A stretch of DNA of 58,502 nucleotides from an uncultured Bacilli bacterium. GTDB taxonomy: Bacteria; Bacillota_I; Bacilli_A; RF39; UBA660. Both the position numbers and the translations under genes were made by a program. The notes beneath the pieces are model-generated. The model had not been told where the DNA came from, did no database searches, and worked only from the letters and a program-made list of their open reading frames with translations. How positions within the stretch are numbered: the first letter of the stretch is position 1; the number at the start of each line of letters is the position of its first letter. This document shows, piece by piece, positions 9,804 through 19,440 of this stretch. The stretch covers positions 1 to 58,502 of the forward strand of contig CALVKF010000004.1 in the NCBI GenBank assembly GCA_944332555.1, given 5' to 3'.

Positions 9804-11323
9804 AGTTCACTAAATTCATTAAGGGAATTAGTGAATTTTTTTTCTTCATTAATAATTAAATGGGTTGTTGTAAGTAACATACCAGCAATGGATGATGCAT
9901 TAATTAAAGCTTCAACTAAAACCTTTTTACTATCAATAACACTAGTGTTATTTTTTTCTTCAAAAGTATTGTTTTTAACATTATAAACAACATTAAAATT
10001 ATGATCTTTAATATATTTATATATTTCAGTATAATTAATAGCATTATTTTCAAGTATTTGTTTAAATGGAGAGTATAATGCTTTCTTTATTATTTTATCA
10101 GCACTAGTTGTAATGTTTAATTCATCACTTATCTTTAAATAAGGAATTCCTCCACCCATAAGAATACCATCACTTGCAGAATATATTGCTGACATCGCAT
10201 CATCAAAACGCATTTTCCGCTCTCTTCGCTCTAATGTTGTATTTCCTCCAACATAGATAATGCCATAATTGTTTTCTAATTTACTTAATCTATTTTTTAA
10301 TAAATCTAGTTCATATTCTTTTGTTTCATTCTTTATTTCTTCTTTTAACTCATTTATTCTTCTATTTAAGATACTAGAATTATTTCCAATAAAAGTTATA
10401 TTGTTTTTATCTATTTTTACTTTTTTTAATGTTCCATAATTATTATTAACCCCCATTAAAGCTTGTAGGTCATCATTTATGGCAAATTTATTTATGCAAT
10501 ATTCAAAATTGTTGATTAAAACTATTTTAGGTATATCACTATCATTGATAGCAAGTATTTCATTAATAATTTGGTCACTAAAAGAATCAGCCATAATTAA
10601 AAGACTAGTATCTTTATTTATAGCATCATTTATATAAATTGCTAATTCTTCTAAATCATTAATCCTTTTATCAATTATTAAAAGATTAGGATTATTAATA
10701 GTAATACTTTCTTTGTTTTTTAAAAAGTAGGGTGATGCGAGGGTAGAATCGATAAAATATCCGAGTAACTTTTCGGTATGATCTTCTAGGGTATCACTTT
10801 CCATAATTTTAATGTTTTTAGACCTATTTAGTTTTATGTAAAACTCGGTTATTAACTTGCCAATTTCTGTATCATTAGCAGAAATACTAGCTAGATTTAT
10901 TAAATCTTTATCGCTTGCAATCATACTTTCTTTATCAAGTAGATCTATTACTTTTTTGACACTTTCATCTATTTCTTGTTTAAGTTTTAGTGGATTATAG
11001 CCATTTTTTATTTCTTTTAGACCATTTAAAAATATACTTTCCAGTAAAACTATCGTAGTAGTTGTTCCATCACCAGCATCTTCGTTGGTTTTTAAGGCCG
11101 CTTCTTTGATGAGGATAAGTATTGTATTAGATACTCCATCACTTGATGAGATAGCATCTGCAATAGTTACCCCGTCATTAGTAATAAATGGTGGCATATT
11201 CATAGTGCTTACAATTACATTACTTCCTCTAGGTCCTATAGTAGTTTTAACAGTATCACTTATTAATTTAACATTTTCTTCTAAATAATTATATAATTCT
11301 TTACCTTTAATTACACTCTTCAT
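9800..11323 (-). CDS. Divergent GroEL/Cpn60-family chaperonin
   Basis: [56 protein letters not shown]; ATG 11323 overlaps the upstream stop (ATGA). Confidence 0.88.
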   Translation of the reverse strand: MKSVIKGKELYNYLEENVKLISDTVKTTIGPRGSNVIVSTMNMPPFITNDGVTIADAISSSDGVSNTILILIKEAALKTNEDAGDGTTTTIVLLESIFLNGLKEIKNGYNPLKLKQEIDESVKKVIDLLDKESMIASDKDLINLASISANDTEIGKLITEFYIKLNRSKNIKIMESDTLEDHTEKLLGYFIDSTLASPYFLKNKESITINNPNLLIIDKRINDLEELAIYINDAINKDTSLLIMADSFSDQIINEILAINDSDIPKIVLINNFEYCINKFAINDDLQALMGVNNNYGTLKKVKIDKNNITFIGNNSSILNRRINELKEEIKNETKEYELDLLKNRLSKLENNYGIIYVGGNTTLERRERKMRFDDAMSAIYSASDGILMGGGIPYLKISDELNITTSADKIIKKALYSPFKQILENNAINYTEIYKYIKDHNFNVVYNVKNNTFEEKNNTSVIDSKKVLVEALINASSIAGMLLTTTHLIINEEKKFTNSLNEFSEL

Positions 11324-12045
11324 AATTCGCTCTCCATTTCTATCATATTTTGCCAATATTTCTTTGGCATAAAAGACATTTGACATCTTTTATTTTCTCT
11401 TGATTTTATACCAATTGTTTTAAAAAATACAATCCATAAATCTTCCCAAACATTATCAGTATTATCCAAATTTAATTTTATATCACATCTATCTATTATA
11501 AAAAACTTATCTTTATTATAAATGCTTACAATTTTTCTTCCTTCATCTTCAATAATCCAGTATTCGTTTTTAAGTCTCTTTGCAAAATGCATAGATAATA
11601 ACTCCAATATGTCATTGTCGGGTTTAATTTTCGCATACAAATATTCATTGTTAATTAACTTAAATCTGGTAAAACCTTTAAGTAAATGAGCTTCTCTAGA
11701 TACTTTATGAGAAATAGCTAAAGCCATATTTACACATTTTAAATTGCGATGTTTAAGTATATCACTTTTATAAACATAATAATTAAGTAAAAAGAAATAA
11801 ATTACTAATTCTTTGTTTATATTATTACTCAAATAAACATAATAAATAATTTTAAATATATTTTTATCAAGAATATTTAATTTATCAAATTCACTTATTT
11901 CTGGTTTAAATGGGTATTCAGTTAATGATCCTTTAAAATTATCTTCTTTTACTATATTTATTGGTTTAATATTATTTGTAAATAAATACTTTATAGTTAT
12001 AAGTAAATTATTAAAGCTACCATCATATAAAATAATATAATTCAT
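11320..12045 (-). CDS. TIGR03915/DUF4130 putative DNA metabolism protein
   Basis: YDGSF..LL, VSREAHLLKGFTRF, HFAKRL..EYWIIED, N.RCQMSFMPKKYW. Confidence 0.9.
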   Translation of the reverse strand: MNYIILYDGSFNNLLITIKYLFTNNIKPINIVKEDNFKGSLTEYPFKPEISEFDKLNILDKNIFKIIYYVYLSNNINKELVIYFFLLNYYVYKSDILKHRNLKCVNMALAISHKVSREAHLLKGFTRFKLINNEYLYAKIKPDNDILELLSMHFAKRLKNEYWIIEDEGRKIVSIYNKDKFFIIDRCDIKLNLDNTDNVWEDLWIVFFKTIGIKSRENKRCQMSFMPKKYWQNMIEMESEL

Positions 12046-13238
12046 TAGTCAAATAAACTAAGTTGCCTTTCTTTAATATTATCATTTAATAAATTAATAG
12101 TAATAAATTCTTTATTAAGGTAGCTTAAATTATTAAAATATTTATTATTACAAGTTATAAAGTATTTAGCTCTTTTTAGACTAACACCCATATTTTTTAA
12201 ATCTTTAAATTCAATTTTAAATACTTTTCTGGCACTTACTATTTTTTTAGCAGATGTAATACCTATACCAGGTATTCTAATAAGTTCATTAAATGATACT
12301 TTATTTATTTCTTTAGGAAATTCCTCTAAATGTCTTAAGGCCCAATCAGTTTTGGGGTCTACTAAATAGTTAAAATTATTGTTATTATCGAAAAGTTCAT
12401 CAACACTAAATTTATAAAATCTAAGTAGCCAGTCTGCTTGGTAAAGACGGTTTTCTCGTTTTAATGGTGGAATACTAATGCTAGGAAGCATTTTGTCTTG
12501 ATTTACCGGAATATAGGCCGAGAAAAAGACTCTTTTTAGGTGAAAATACTTATACATATTAGCGCTTTTCTCTAAAATGTCCTTATCACTATCTTTTGTT
12601 GCCCCAATAATCATTTGGGTACTACTACCAGCGGGAGCAAAAGTTTTACTAATGTTATTTCTAATAGTAATCATGCTATTATTTATATCTTTAGTTTTTT
12701 TATCTGGTGCTAACATTTTTAGGCTGGTATCTGTAGGAAGTTCAATATTTGTACTAAGTCTATCAACTAAACTGCCTAATTTTTTAATTAGATATGGACT
12801 TGCTCCCGGAATAGCTTTAGCATGAATATAACCATTAAATTTGTATTTATATCTAAGTAAATAAATTGTCTCAATTAATCGCTCCATAGTATAATCTGGA
12901 GATTTAATTATCGCCGAAGATAAAAATAAACCTTCAATATAATTTCTTTTATAAAAGTTAATTGTAATTTCACATATTTCTTCGGGAGTAAATATCGCTC
13001 TTGGAACATTATTACTACGACGATTGATACAATATTTACAATCATAAATACAAGCATTAGTCATAAGAATTTTTAAAAGAGATATACATCTACCGTCGCT
13101 TGCAAAAGAGTGACATATCCCATTTATGGCAGCATTACCAATACATCCGGTATTTTTTCTAGTACTACCACTAGATGAACAAGATGCATCGTATTTGGCG
13201 CTATCTGCTAGTATTTTTAATTTTTCTTCCAATGTCAT
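12045..13238 (-). CDS. TIGR03916 putative DNA modification/repair radical SAM protein with HhH
   Basis: KYDASCSSSG, GICHSF..DGRCISLLK, CIYDCKYC, RENRLYQADWLLRFY, RIPGIG. Confidence 0.95.
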   Translation of the reverse strand: MTLEEKLKILADSAKYDASCSSSGSTRKNTGCIGNAAINGICHSFASDGRCISLLKILMTNACIYDCKYCINRRSNNVPRAIFTPEEICEITINFYKRNYIEGLFLSSAIIKSPDYTMERLIETIYLLRYKYKFNGYIHAKAIPGASPYLIKKLGSLVDRLSTNIELPTDTSLKMLAPDKKTKDINNSMITIRNNISKTFAPAGSSTQMIIGATKDSDKDILEKSANMYKYFHLKRVFFSAYIPVNQDKMLPSISIPPLKRENRLYQADWLLRFYKFSVDELFDNNNNFNYLVDPKTDWALRHLEEFPKEINKVSFNELIRIPGIGITSAKKIVSARKVFKIEFKDLKNMGVSLKRAKYFITCNNKYFNNLSYLNKEFITINLLNDNIKERQLSLFD

Positions 13239-13271
13239 AAATAACCACCAATAATATTATATCATAAAACA

Positions 13272-13285
13272 CGAATAAATGTTTG
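13272..13285 (-). promoter_or_regulatory. Probable LexA (SOS/Cheo) box over the -35 region of the radical SAM operon promoter
   Basis: CGAATAAATGTTTG is one mismatch from CGAACRNRYGTTYG; extended -10 TGATATAAT on the minus strand at 13256-13264. Confidence 0.65.
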
Positions 13286-13320
13286 CTAAAATTTTCCAAA
13301 AAAAATAGCTTTACGCTATT

Positions 13321-13848
13321 TTAATCATCATATCTTGTTATGTATTCAAGGTCATCTTCTGCTCTATCTAGGGTATTATCAATATCTTCTAGTCTTCTAT
13401 CAAAAGTCCTAAAGTCACTATAAGATAGGGTATTGTTACGATACATTCTTTCAAGTTCATTTTCGTATCTATCAACAGTATTTTCTAATTCTTCAAGTTG
13501 GGCTTTCCATTCCCAATATAAATCAATAGCATCACTTCTACTTGCAGGAGTACTTAAATTACTAATGCTATCTGCAAGAGTGTTGGCATCACTTTCATAA
13601 CCGCTGATAGTTTCCTCAATTGAAGATGTATCAACAGTAGTTTCGCCTTCGCCATCATTAATTACAGTATCAGTATTACCACTAGTACCAGTATTTGTTC
13701 CACTATTAACACCGTTTTGTTCAAGTAATGCATCAATCTTATCTTCGAGATTATCCATCCTATCTTCTAGTCTGTCAACATCTCGGTCTTCACAACCAGT
13801 AAGCATTAAAGCTACACCTAAAATACCTAACAATTTAACAATTTTCAC
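13321..13848 (-). CDS. Lipoprotein, acidic coiled-coil
   Basis: Signal peptide with lipobox LTGC; D/E-rich helical repeats. Confidence 0.75.
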   Translation of the reverse strand: MKIVKLLGILGVALMLTGCEDRDVDRLEDRMDNLEDKIDALLEQNGVNSGTNTGTSGNTDTVINDGEGETTVDTSSIEETISGYESDANTLADSISNLSTPASRSDAIDLYWEWKAQLEELENTVDRYENELERMYRNNTLSYSDFRTFDRRLEDIDNTLDRAEDDLEYITRYDD

Positions 13849-13938
13849 TTTATCACCTAAAACTATTCTAACATATAATATTAGTTTTGCCTAGGGTATA
13901 TTATTTTAAAATTAATAAATAATATTAATGGTGGTTTT

Positions 13939-14679
13939 ATGCGTAAAACAAGTATTTCTTTTGGGCTTGTAAATATTCCCATAAGTATGAATCCAATTTA
14001 TCAAAATAATGATGTATCTTTTAATCAATTACATAAAAAATGTTTATCCCGAATTAAATATGTTAAGTATTGCCCACATTGTAAAAAAGAGGTAAGACAA
14101 GATGAAATTATTAAAGGCTATAAAATAAATGATGATACTTATATTACTTTGACTAACACTGAACTTAAAAACTTGCGAGTTACTGATGAAGAAGCAATTG
14201 AAATTGTAGGTTTTGTGAGTACTCCGGAGATAGATCCGATATTTTATGAAAGAACTTATGTTTTAAGTACTCCCAAAAAGAGTAAGGCTTTTAGTTTATT
14301 TAAAGATGCTTTAGAGAAAAGTAAAAAAGTAGCAATTGCCAAAACTGTAATTTCCACCAAATTTTATTATGTCGCAATTCGGATTAAAAATGGAAATATG
14401 TTGATGAGTACACTGTATTTTGCTGAAGAGTTAAATATACCAGATGTAGCTAGTGATGCTAAATATTCGAAAAAAGAACTAGATTTAGCCCTTACTTTAA
14501 TAGATTCTTTAAATATGAAATTTAATCCGGAGAAGTTTGTTGATGAATATCAAGAAAATATAAAAGATGCTATCAAGAAAAAACAAAAAGGTGTTAAGAT
14601 TAAAGGAGCAAAGACAAAAAAGAGTAGTAATGTTAAAGATTTAATGCAAGCTTTAGAAATGAGTTTAAAAAATGTTTAA
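13939..14679 (+). CDS. ku: NHEJ DNA end-binding protein Ku
   Basis: ISFGLVNIPI, FNQLH, IKGY, IDPIFYER.Y.L, F.PEKF.DEY, VKDLMQALEMSL. Confidence 0.93.
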   Translation: MRKTSISFGLVNIPISMNPIYQNNDVSFNQLHKKCLSRIKYVKYCPHCKKEVRQDEIIKGYKINDDTYITLTNTELKNLRVTDEEAIEIVGFVSTPEIDPIFYERTYVLSTPKKSKAFSLFKDALEKSKKVAIAKTVISTKFYYVAIRIKNGNMLMSTLYFAEELNIPDVASDAKYSKKELDLALTLIDSLNMKFNPEKFVDEYQENIKDAIKKKQKGVKIKGAKTKKSSNVKDLMQALEMSLKNV

Positions 14680-15529
14680 AGAAAAAAATATTCATCCCAT
14701 GCTACTATCAGAAATTCCTTTTAATTTTAGTGATGACTATCTTTATGAAATTAAATTTGATGGCATTAGAGCTATTATTTATGCAAGCCCCAAAAGTATA
14801 ACAATTAAAACTAGAAATAATATTGATGTAACTCATCTTTTCCCAGAGTTATTTAGTATTAAAGATTTAGTTACTAAAAATACTATCTTTGATGGGGAAA
14901 TAGTTCTTTTAGAAAATAATAAACCGTCGTTTTCTAGTTTACAAAAAAGATTAAGGATTAAAAATGAAGATAAAATAAATACTGCAAGTATTAATAATCC
15001 TGTTACTTTTGTTGTCTTTGATATTCTTTATTTAAATAAATCTTTATTAAATAAAAAATTAATTGATAGAAAAAAGATATTAGATAAATTTAAGGATACT
15101 GAATACTTTGTTAAATCTAAAGTTTTTAGTGATGGTGAAAATTTATTTAGAAGTGTTCGGGATTTGGGTTTAGAAGGAATAGTTGCTAAAGAAAAAACAA
15201 GTTTATATTATCCTAATATTAGAACTAAAGAATGGATAAAACTTAAAAATATTAAGCAAGATTATTTTTATATCGGTGGGTTTATTAAAAATAAGATGAG
15301 TTATAGTTTATTACTCGGAGAAATTCACAATAATAAATTATATTATGTTGGTAAATTAAAAGTTAGTAACAAAAGTGATATATTGAGTATTGTATTAAAA
15401 GAAAAGATAACTCCCAATAATTTTGTTAATTATTCTAAAAATGGTAAATTTATCAAACCAAAGATTAAAATAAAAATAAATTATTTAGAAAAAACTAAAG
15501 GTAATATGTTAAGACATCCATTTATGTGA
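14672..15529 (+). CDS. ATP-dependent DNA ligase (LigD ligase domain as a stand-alone gene)
   Basis: Motif I EIKFDGIRA, FDGEIV, VFDIL, EGIVAK, WIKLK, LRHP. Confidence 0.9.
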   Translation: MFKEKNIHPMLLSEIPFNFSDDYLYEIKFDGIRAIIYASPKSITIKTRNNIDVTHLFPELFSIKDLVTKNTIFDGEIVLLENNKPSFSSLQKRLRIKNEDKINTASINNPVTFVVFDILYLNKSLLNKKLIDRKKILDKFKDTEYFVKSKVFSDGENLFRSVRDLGLEGIVAKEKTSLYYPNIRTKEWIKLKNIKQDYFYIGGFIKNKMSYSLLLGEIHNNKLYYVGKLKVSNKSDILSIVLKEKITPNNFVNYSKNGKFIKPKIKIKINYLEKTKGNMLRHPFM

Positions 15530-15573
15530 TATTTATGGTTTACAAATAGTGATATTTGTAGTACAATGAAAAT

Positions 15574-15655
15574 GTAATCGGTTCCACGGCTGGTACTTAC
15601 TAGTTCGCTAGTAATATTGGACATGGGGATTAAAGGGGCTACGGCGCCTTTTTTC
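15574..15655 (+). ncRNA. Candidate small structured RNA with its own promoter and terminator
   Basis: TTTACA-17-TACAAT; long hairpin capped by TTACTAG-TTCG-CTAGTAA; second hairpin with C-TACG-G loop and T-run. Confidence 0.5.
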
Positions 15656-15705
15656 TTTTGTGCAATATTTTTAATATTATGATACAATATATCTGGATGA
15701 TTTAT

Positions 15706-16593
15706 ATGATTTTATTTGTAAGTGGTAGAACAGATATTGTTGCTTTTTATACAGAGTGGTTTATGAAAAGAGTAGAAGAAGGATTTGTAATGGTGCGTAA
15801 TCCCTTTAATCCAAAATTAGTTAGTAAAATTGATTTTAATAATGTTGATATGATTATGTTTTGTACTAAAAATCCTTTGCCAATTATTCCTTATTTAAAT
15901 AAAATAAATAAACCAATTCTTTTTCATGTAACCCTTACTTCTTATAAAGAAGATATAGAACCAAATGTTATAGATAAAACTAAAATAATCGAAGGTATTA
16001 AAGAAATATCTAAAATTATTGGTGTTAATAATGTAGTTGTTAGATATGATCCTATATTAATAAATACTAAATATACTATAGATTATCATAAAAGAGCATT
16101 TAAAAGAATGTGTGAACTTTTAAAGGGATATGTTAAAACTATAATAGTATCATTTCTAGATAATTATAAAAATGTAGAGAAGAATTATGCATTTATTAAA
16201 CCCATTCCTTTAACAGAAGAGATGTATAAAAAAATTGGTGAGTCTTTTAGTAAGATAGCAAAAGATAATGGAATGGTAGTACAAACTTGTTTTGAAGAGC
16301 ATAATTTAGTAGAATATGGTTTTGTTAAAGGAGACTGTTTATCTCAAGATTTAGCTCTTAAAATGACTGGCAAAAAATTTCCAATCCAAAAGTCGCGGAA
16401 AGGGAATTTATGTGGTTGTGTGCAAATGGTTGATATTGGAGCTTATAATACTTGCAAACACTTATGTAAATATTGTTATGCCAACTATAATGAATCAGAT
16501 GTATTAAAAAATAATAAATTACATAATCCGAGTTCTCCTTTATTAATTGGAGAATTACAAAGTGATGATATAATTAAAGAGAGATTTAAATAA
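15706..16593 (+). CDS. DUF1848 family protein (radical-SAM/SPL-like, Cys-rich C-terminus)
   Basis: SGRTDIVAFYTEWF, VRNPFNP, TKNP, RYDPI, CGC...DIGAYNTCKHLCKYCYAN. Confidence 0.9.
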   Translation: MILFVSGRTDIVAFYTEWFMKRVEEGFVMVRNPFNPKLVSKIDFNNVDMIMFCTKNPLPIIPYLNKINKPILFHVTLTSYKEDIEPNVIDKTKIIEGIKEISKIIGVNNVVVRYDPILINTKYTIDYHKRAFKRMCELLKGYVKTIIVSFLDNYKNVEKNYAFIKPIPLTEEMYKKIGESFSKIAKDNGMVVQTCFEEHNLVEYGFVKGDCLSQDLALKMTGKKFPIQKSRKGNLCGCVQMVDIGAYNTCKHLCKYCYANYNESDVLKNNKLHNPSSPLLIGELQSDDIIKERFK

Positions 16594-16631
16594 TAGTATA
16601 AATTTCTCTTTTTTTATTTAAACTAATAATA

Positions 16632-17984
16632 GTGATAATTATGTTAAAAGATTATAATAAAAAAAGAAATTTTAATAAAACTAAAGAGCCAGTGGGCAAA
16701 AAAGTTAAAAAACATAAAACTCTACGGTTTTGCATTCAGCATCATATAGCCAGAAAAGACCATTATGATTTTAGATTAGAGTGGAATGGGGTACTTAAGA
16801 GTTTTGCGGTTCCAAAAGGTCCTTCATATAATCCAAAAGATAAAAGACTTGCTATAATGGTTGAAGATCATCCGCTAGACTATGCGAATTTTGAAGGCAT
16901 CATCCCTAAAGGGGAATATGGTGGTGGTACAGTAATGCTTTGGGATTATGGTAAGTGGAAACCAATTGAAAATACTAAACCAGACTTTAAAAATGGTCCA
17001 ATTAAATTTGAAGTTATGGGCAAGAGAATTAAAGGTTTATGGACTTTAGTAAAAATAGAAGAAGATAATTGGTTACTTATCAAAGATGCTGATGAATATC
17101 GTTTATATAATAACATAAATAAATTTAATACTAGTATTAAAACTGGTAGAACAATGGCGGAGATTGCTGATATATCAACAAGTATTAATCTTACTAACCC
17201 TGATAAAATAATTTTTGATAACCCCAAAATTACTAAAAAAGAAATCTTTAATTACTATAAAGTAGTAGCTAGCAGAATGATTCCTTTAATTAAAGATAGG
17301 TTAATTAGTACAGTAAGAGCTCCAGGTGGTATTAAAAATGGGACATTTTATAAAAAACATATGGAAAATATGGATGGCTATTTAGGTTGTAAAAAGATAA
17401 AAGGGGAAGACTATTATTATATTAAAGATACACAAGGGATACTCTCGGAAGTACAAATGAATAGTTATGAATTTCATATCTGGGGTAGCATTGTAGATGA
17501 TTTAAATCATCCCAATATATTAGTTTTTGATTTAGATCCTGATGAACATTTAAGTTTAGCAAAGTTAAGAGCAGGTGTAAAAGATTTAAAGAAAATACTT
17601 GATGAATATAATTTAAAATCATACCTTAAAACCAGTGGAGGTAAAGGTTATCATATAATTGTTCCAATTGCATGTATTACCTGGAGAGAAGCAAGAATGA
17701 TTTCTAAAAATATTGCGGAATTAATGTCCGCTAAATGGCCGGAGAAATACACAAGTAATATTAAGAAAAATAAAAGAAAAGGTAAAATATTTATTGATTG
17801 GGAGCGCAATATTAAAGGTTCTACTAGTGTTGCTCCATATTCTTTAAGACTAAAAAATAAACCAAGAGTATCAATGCCAATTAAATGGAGTGAACTTGAT
17901 AAAGTAAAACCTGATGATATAACAATGTCTGAAGCCATAAAAAGATTAAAAAATAAAAACCCCTGGGAGGATTTATTTAGTTAA
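16632..17984 (+). CDS. ligD: LigD 3'-phosphoesterase plus primase-polymerase domain protein (no ligase domain)
   Basis: PE: [35 protein letters not shown]; POL: [36 protein letters not shown]. Confidence 0.9.
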   Translation: MIIMLKDYNKKRNFNKTKEPVGKKVKKHKTLRFCIQHHIARKDHYDFRLEWNGVLKSFAVPKGPSYNPKDKRLAIMVEDHPLDYANFEGIIPKGEYGGGTVMLWDYGKWKPIENTKPDFKNGPIKFEVMGKRIKGLWTLVKIEEDNWLLIKDADEYRLYNNINKFNTSIKTGRTMAEIADISTSINLTNPDKIIFDNPKITKKEIFNYYKVVASRMIPLIKDRLISTVRAPGGIKNGTFYKKHMENMDGYLGCKKIKGEDYYYIKDTQGILSEVQMNSYEFHIWGSIVDDLNHPNILVFDLDPDEHLSLAKLRAGVKDLKKILDEYNLKSYLKTSGGKGYHIIVPIACITWREARMISKNIAELMSAKWPEKYTSNIKKNKRKGKIFIDWERNIKGSTSVAPYSLRLKNKPRVSMPIKWSELDKVKPDDITMSEAIKRLKNKNPWEDLFS

Positions 17985-18632
17985 AACTTTAATTAATATT
18001 TTATCATGGATATTTTGAATAAAAGCATAAATATTAACAGATTTATTAAGTATTAATTCTTTTATTAAAATAAGTAGAACTCCTATAAGAAATAGTGTAA
18101 TACTTATAGCTATTTCATCTTCTATAAAGTTATATACTCCGATAAACATTAAAATTATGCCAATATAATTAATTAAATTTTCAAATACTTCAAGTAAAAA
18201 TATAAATATTAAAGTAAATGCTTTAATTATAAAAAATACTAAATAATTAATAATTACAATAAATGTTTTTAAAAACTTTATTCCCAATTTATCTTTACCA
18301 AAATTTAAATAAGTCATTAAAAATTGCCATCTTGTTACATAGGATTCAGAATAATTTTCCTTATATTCTTCTTTTTTAGCAGAATAACTTGTAGAATCAT
18401 TAGAGTATGTTTTAGAGTGATTTATATCATTAAGTAGTTTATCATACTCACTTCTTTTATCATCATCAAGTAATGTTTCTTTAGCTTCATTTAAACTAAT
18501 AATTATTTTACTAGCCTCATCACTCTTATTAACATCAGGGTGATACCTTTTAACCATATCCCGATATGCCTTTTTTATCTCTTCTTTAGTAGCATCTTTT
18601 TTTACTCCAAGTAATTCATAAAAATCCATCAT
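17973..18632 (-). CDS. J-domain protein with C-terminal transmembrane helices
   Basis: DFYELLGV...IKKAYR...YHPDVN...[18 protein letters not shown]; hydrophobic C-terminal half. Confidence 0.85.
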   Translation of the reverse strand: MMDFYELLGVKKDATKEEIKKAYRDMVKRYHPDVNKSDEASKIIISLNEAKETLLDDDKRSEYDKLLNDINHSKTYSNDSTSYSAKKEEYKENYSESYVTRWQFLMTYLNFGKDKLGIKFLKTFIVIINYLVFFIIKAFTLIFIFLLEVFENLINYIGIILMFIGVYNFIEDEIAISITLFLIGVLLILIKELILNKSVNIYAFIQNIHDKILIKVLTK

Positions 18633-18710
18633 AACAAATCACAAATATATATTACCATAATTTTGGTAATAAAAAAAGTTGATTTTAATTTATATATTTG
18701 ATATATTATT

Positions 18711-18734
18711 GGTGAGTTAAATATTTAACTCACC
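18711..18734. repeat. Perfect 24-bp palindrome
   Basis: GGTGAGTTAAATATTTAACTCACC is its own reverse complement. Confidence 0.85.
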
Positions 18735-18834
18735 TGATTTAAATATTTTTATATGACCGAATTATGTATTTGGAAAAAGTATAGGATATGTTTAATAGTA
18801 ATGTTTATTAATTTATTAAACATAAGGAGGTTAT

Positions 18835-19203
18835 ATGAAAAAGATTGATGCATATTTAAATCAGTATAAATCAAAGAATTTTAATGAATTGCTTTTTTCA
18901 TTTATTGATTTAGGTAATCATAAAGATTCAGAGATTTATAAACTAGCAGGTATAGATAGAAAATTGTTTTCTAAAATACGGTGTAACAAGAATTATATTC
19001 CAAGTAGGAATGTAGTTATCAAGTTAGGACTTGCTTTAAAATTAAATCGGTATGATTTTAATAAATTATTAAATAGTGCCGGTTATAGTTTGCGAAGCAA
19101 TAATAATTTTGATTTAGTTGTTAGTTACTGTCTAGATAACCATATTTATGATACTGATACCATAAATGACTATCTATTTACCTATGCAAATGCTGTTTTA
19201 TAA
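18835..19203 (+). CDS. XRE-like HTH regulator (type often fused to macrodomains)
   Basis: KDSEIYKLAGIDRKLFSKIR..KNYIPSR..V..L..ALKL......LL.SAGYSL.....FDLVV. Confidence 0.75.
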   Translation: MKKIDAYLNQYKSKNFNELLFSFIDLGNHKDSEIYKLAGIDRKLFSKIRCNKNYIPSRNVVIKLGLALKLNRYDFNKLLNSAGYSLRSNNNFDLVVSYCLDNHIYDTDTINDYLFTYANAVL

Positions 19204-19216
19204 CAGTATTTTTTTT

Positions 19217-19233
19217 GTCGCTTTAAAAGCGAC
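19217..19233. promoter_or_regulatory. Palindromic operator candidate in the DUF2828 promoter
   Basis: GTCGCTTT-A-AAAGCGAC at the -35 position relative to TATAAT (19250-19260). Confidence 0.6.
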
Positions 19234-19262
19234 CATTTTTTATATCGCATATAATATAATAG

Positions 19263-19429
19263 TTATGCAAAGAGAAAAAAAGACACATACAGCAAAAAGA
19301 AAATATTAGTAAAATTGGAAAAAGTTAATTGAAGTGTCTTGTTTAAAGCCACAGACAGCAGAGTATATTTATTTGGCTAATAAGAAAATGACTGATAATC
19401 ATTATTTCGTGGCTTGTTTCTTTGCATAA
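19263..19429 (+). ncRNA. Tandem two-unit structured RNA upstream of DUF2828 (Y-RNA-like candidate)
   Basis: Outer stem TTATGCAAAGA/TCTTTGCATAA encloses AAGACAC-ATACAGCA...GTGTCTT-GTTT and AAGCCAC-AGACAGCA...GTGGCTT-GTTT; compensatory A-T to C-G change between units. Confidence 0.7.
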
Positions 19430-19440
19430 TGGAGGTTATT

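Noticed and set aside
11324-11386. N-terminal extension of the chaperonin ORF
   Set aside because: Overlaps the TIGR03915 gene; ATG 11323 gives ATGA coupling and a GroEL-like start
15586-15620. GGCTGGT resemblance to the vertebrate Y RNA 5' end, and possible match to known riboswitches or SRP RNA
   Set aside because: No complementary bulged-C Ro-binding helix, no SRP GGAA loop motif and no recognisable aptamer consensus
15481-15705. 68-aa minus ORF and the upstream extension of DUF1848
   Set aside because: They cross the structured RNA and terminator; family similarity starts at MILFVSGRTD (15706)
19280-19419. Possible mini-CRISPR array or true tRNA genes
   Set aside because: Only two units; the conserved parts are split and pair across the variable interior; no cas genes; no T-arm or CCA
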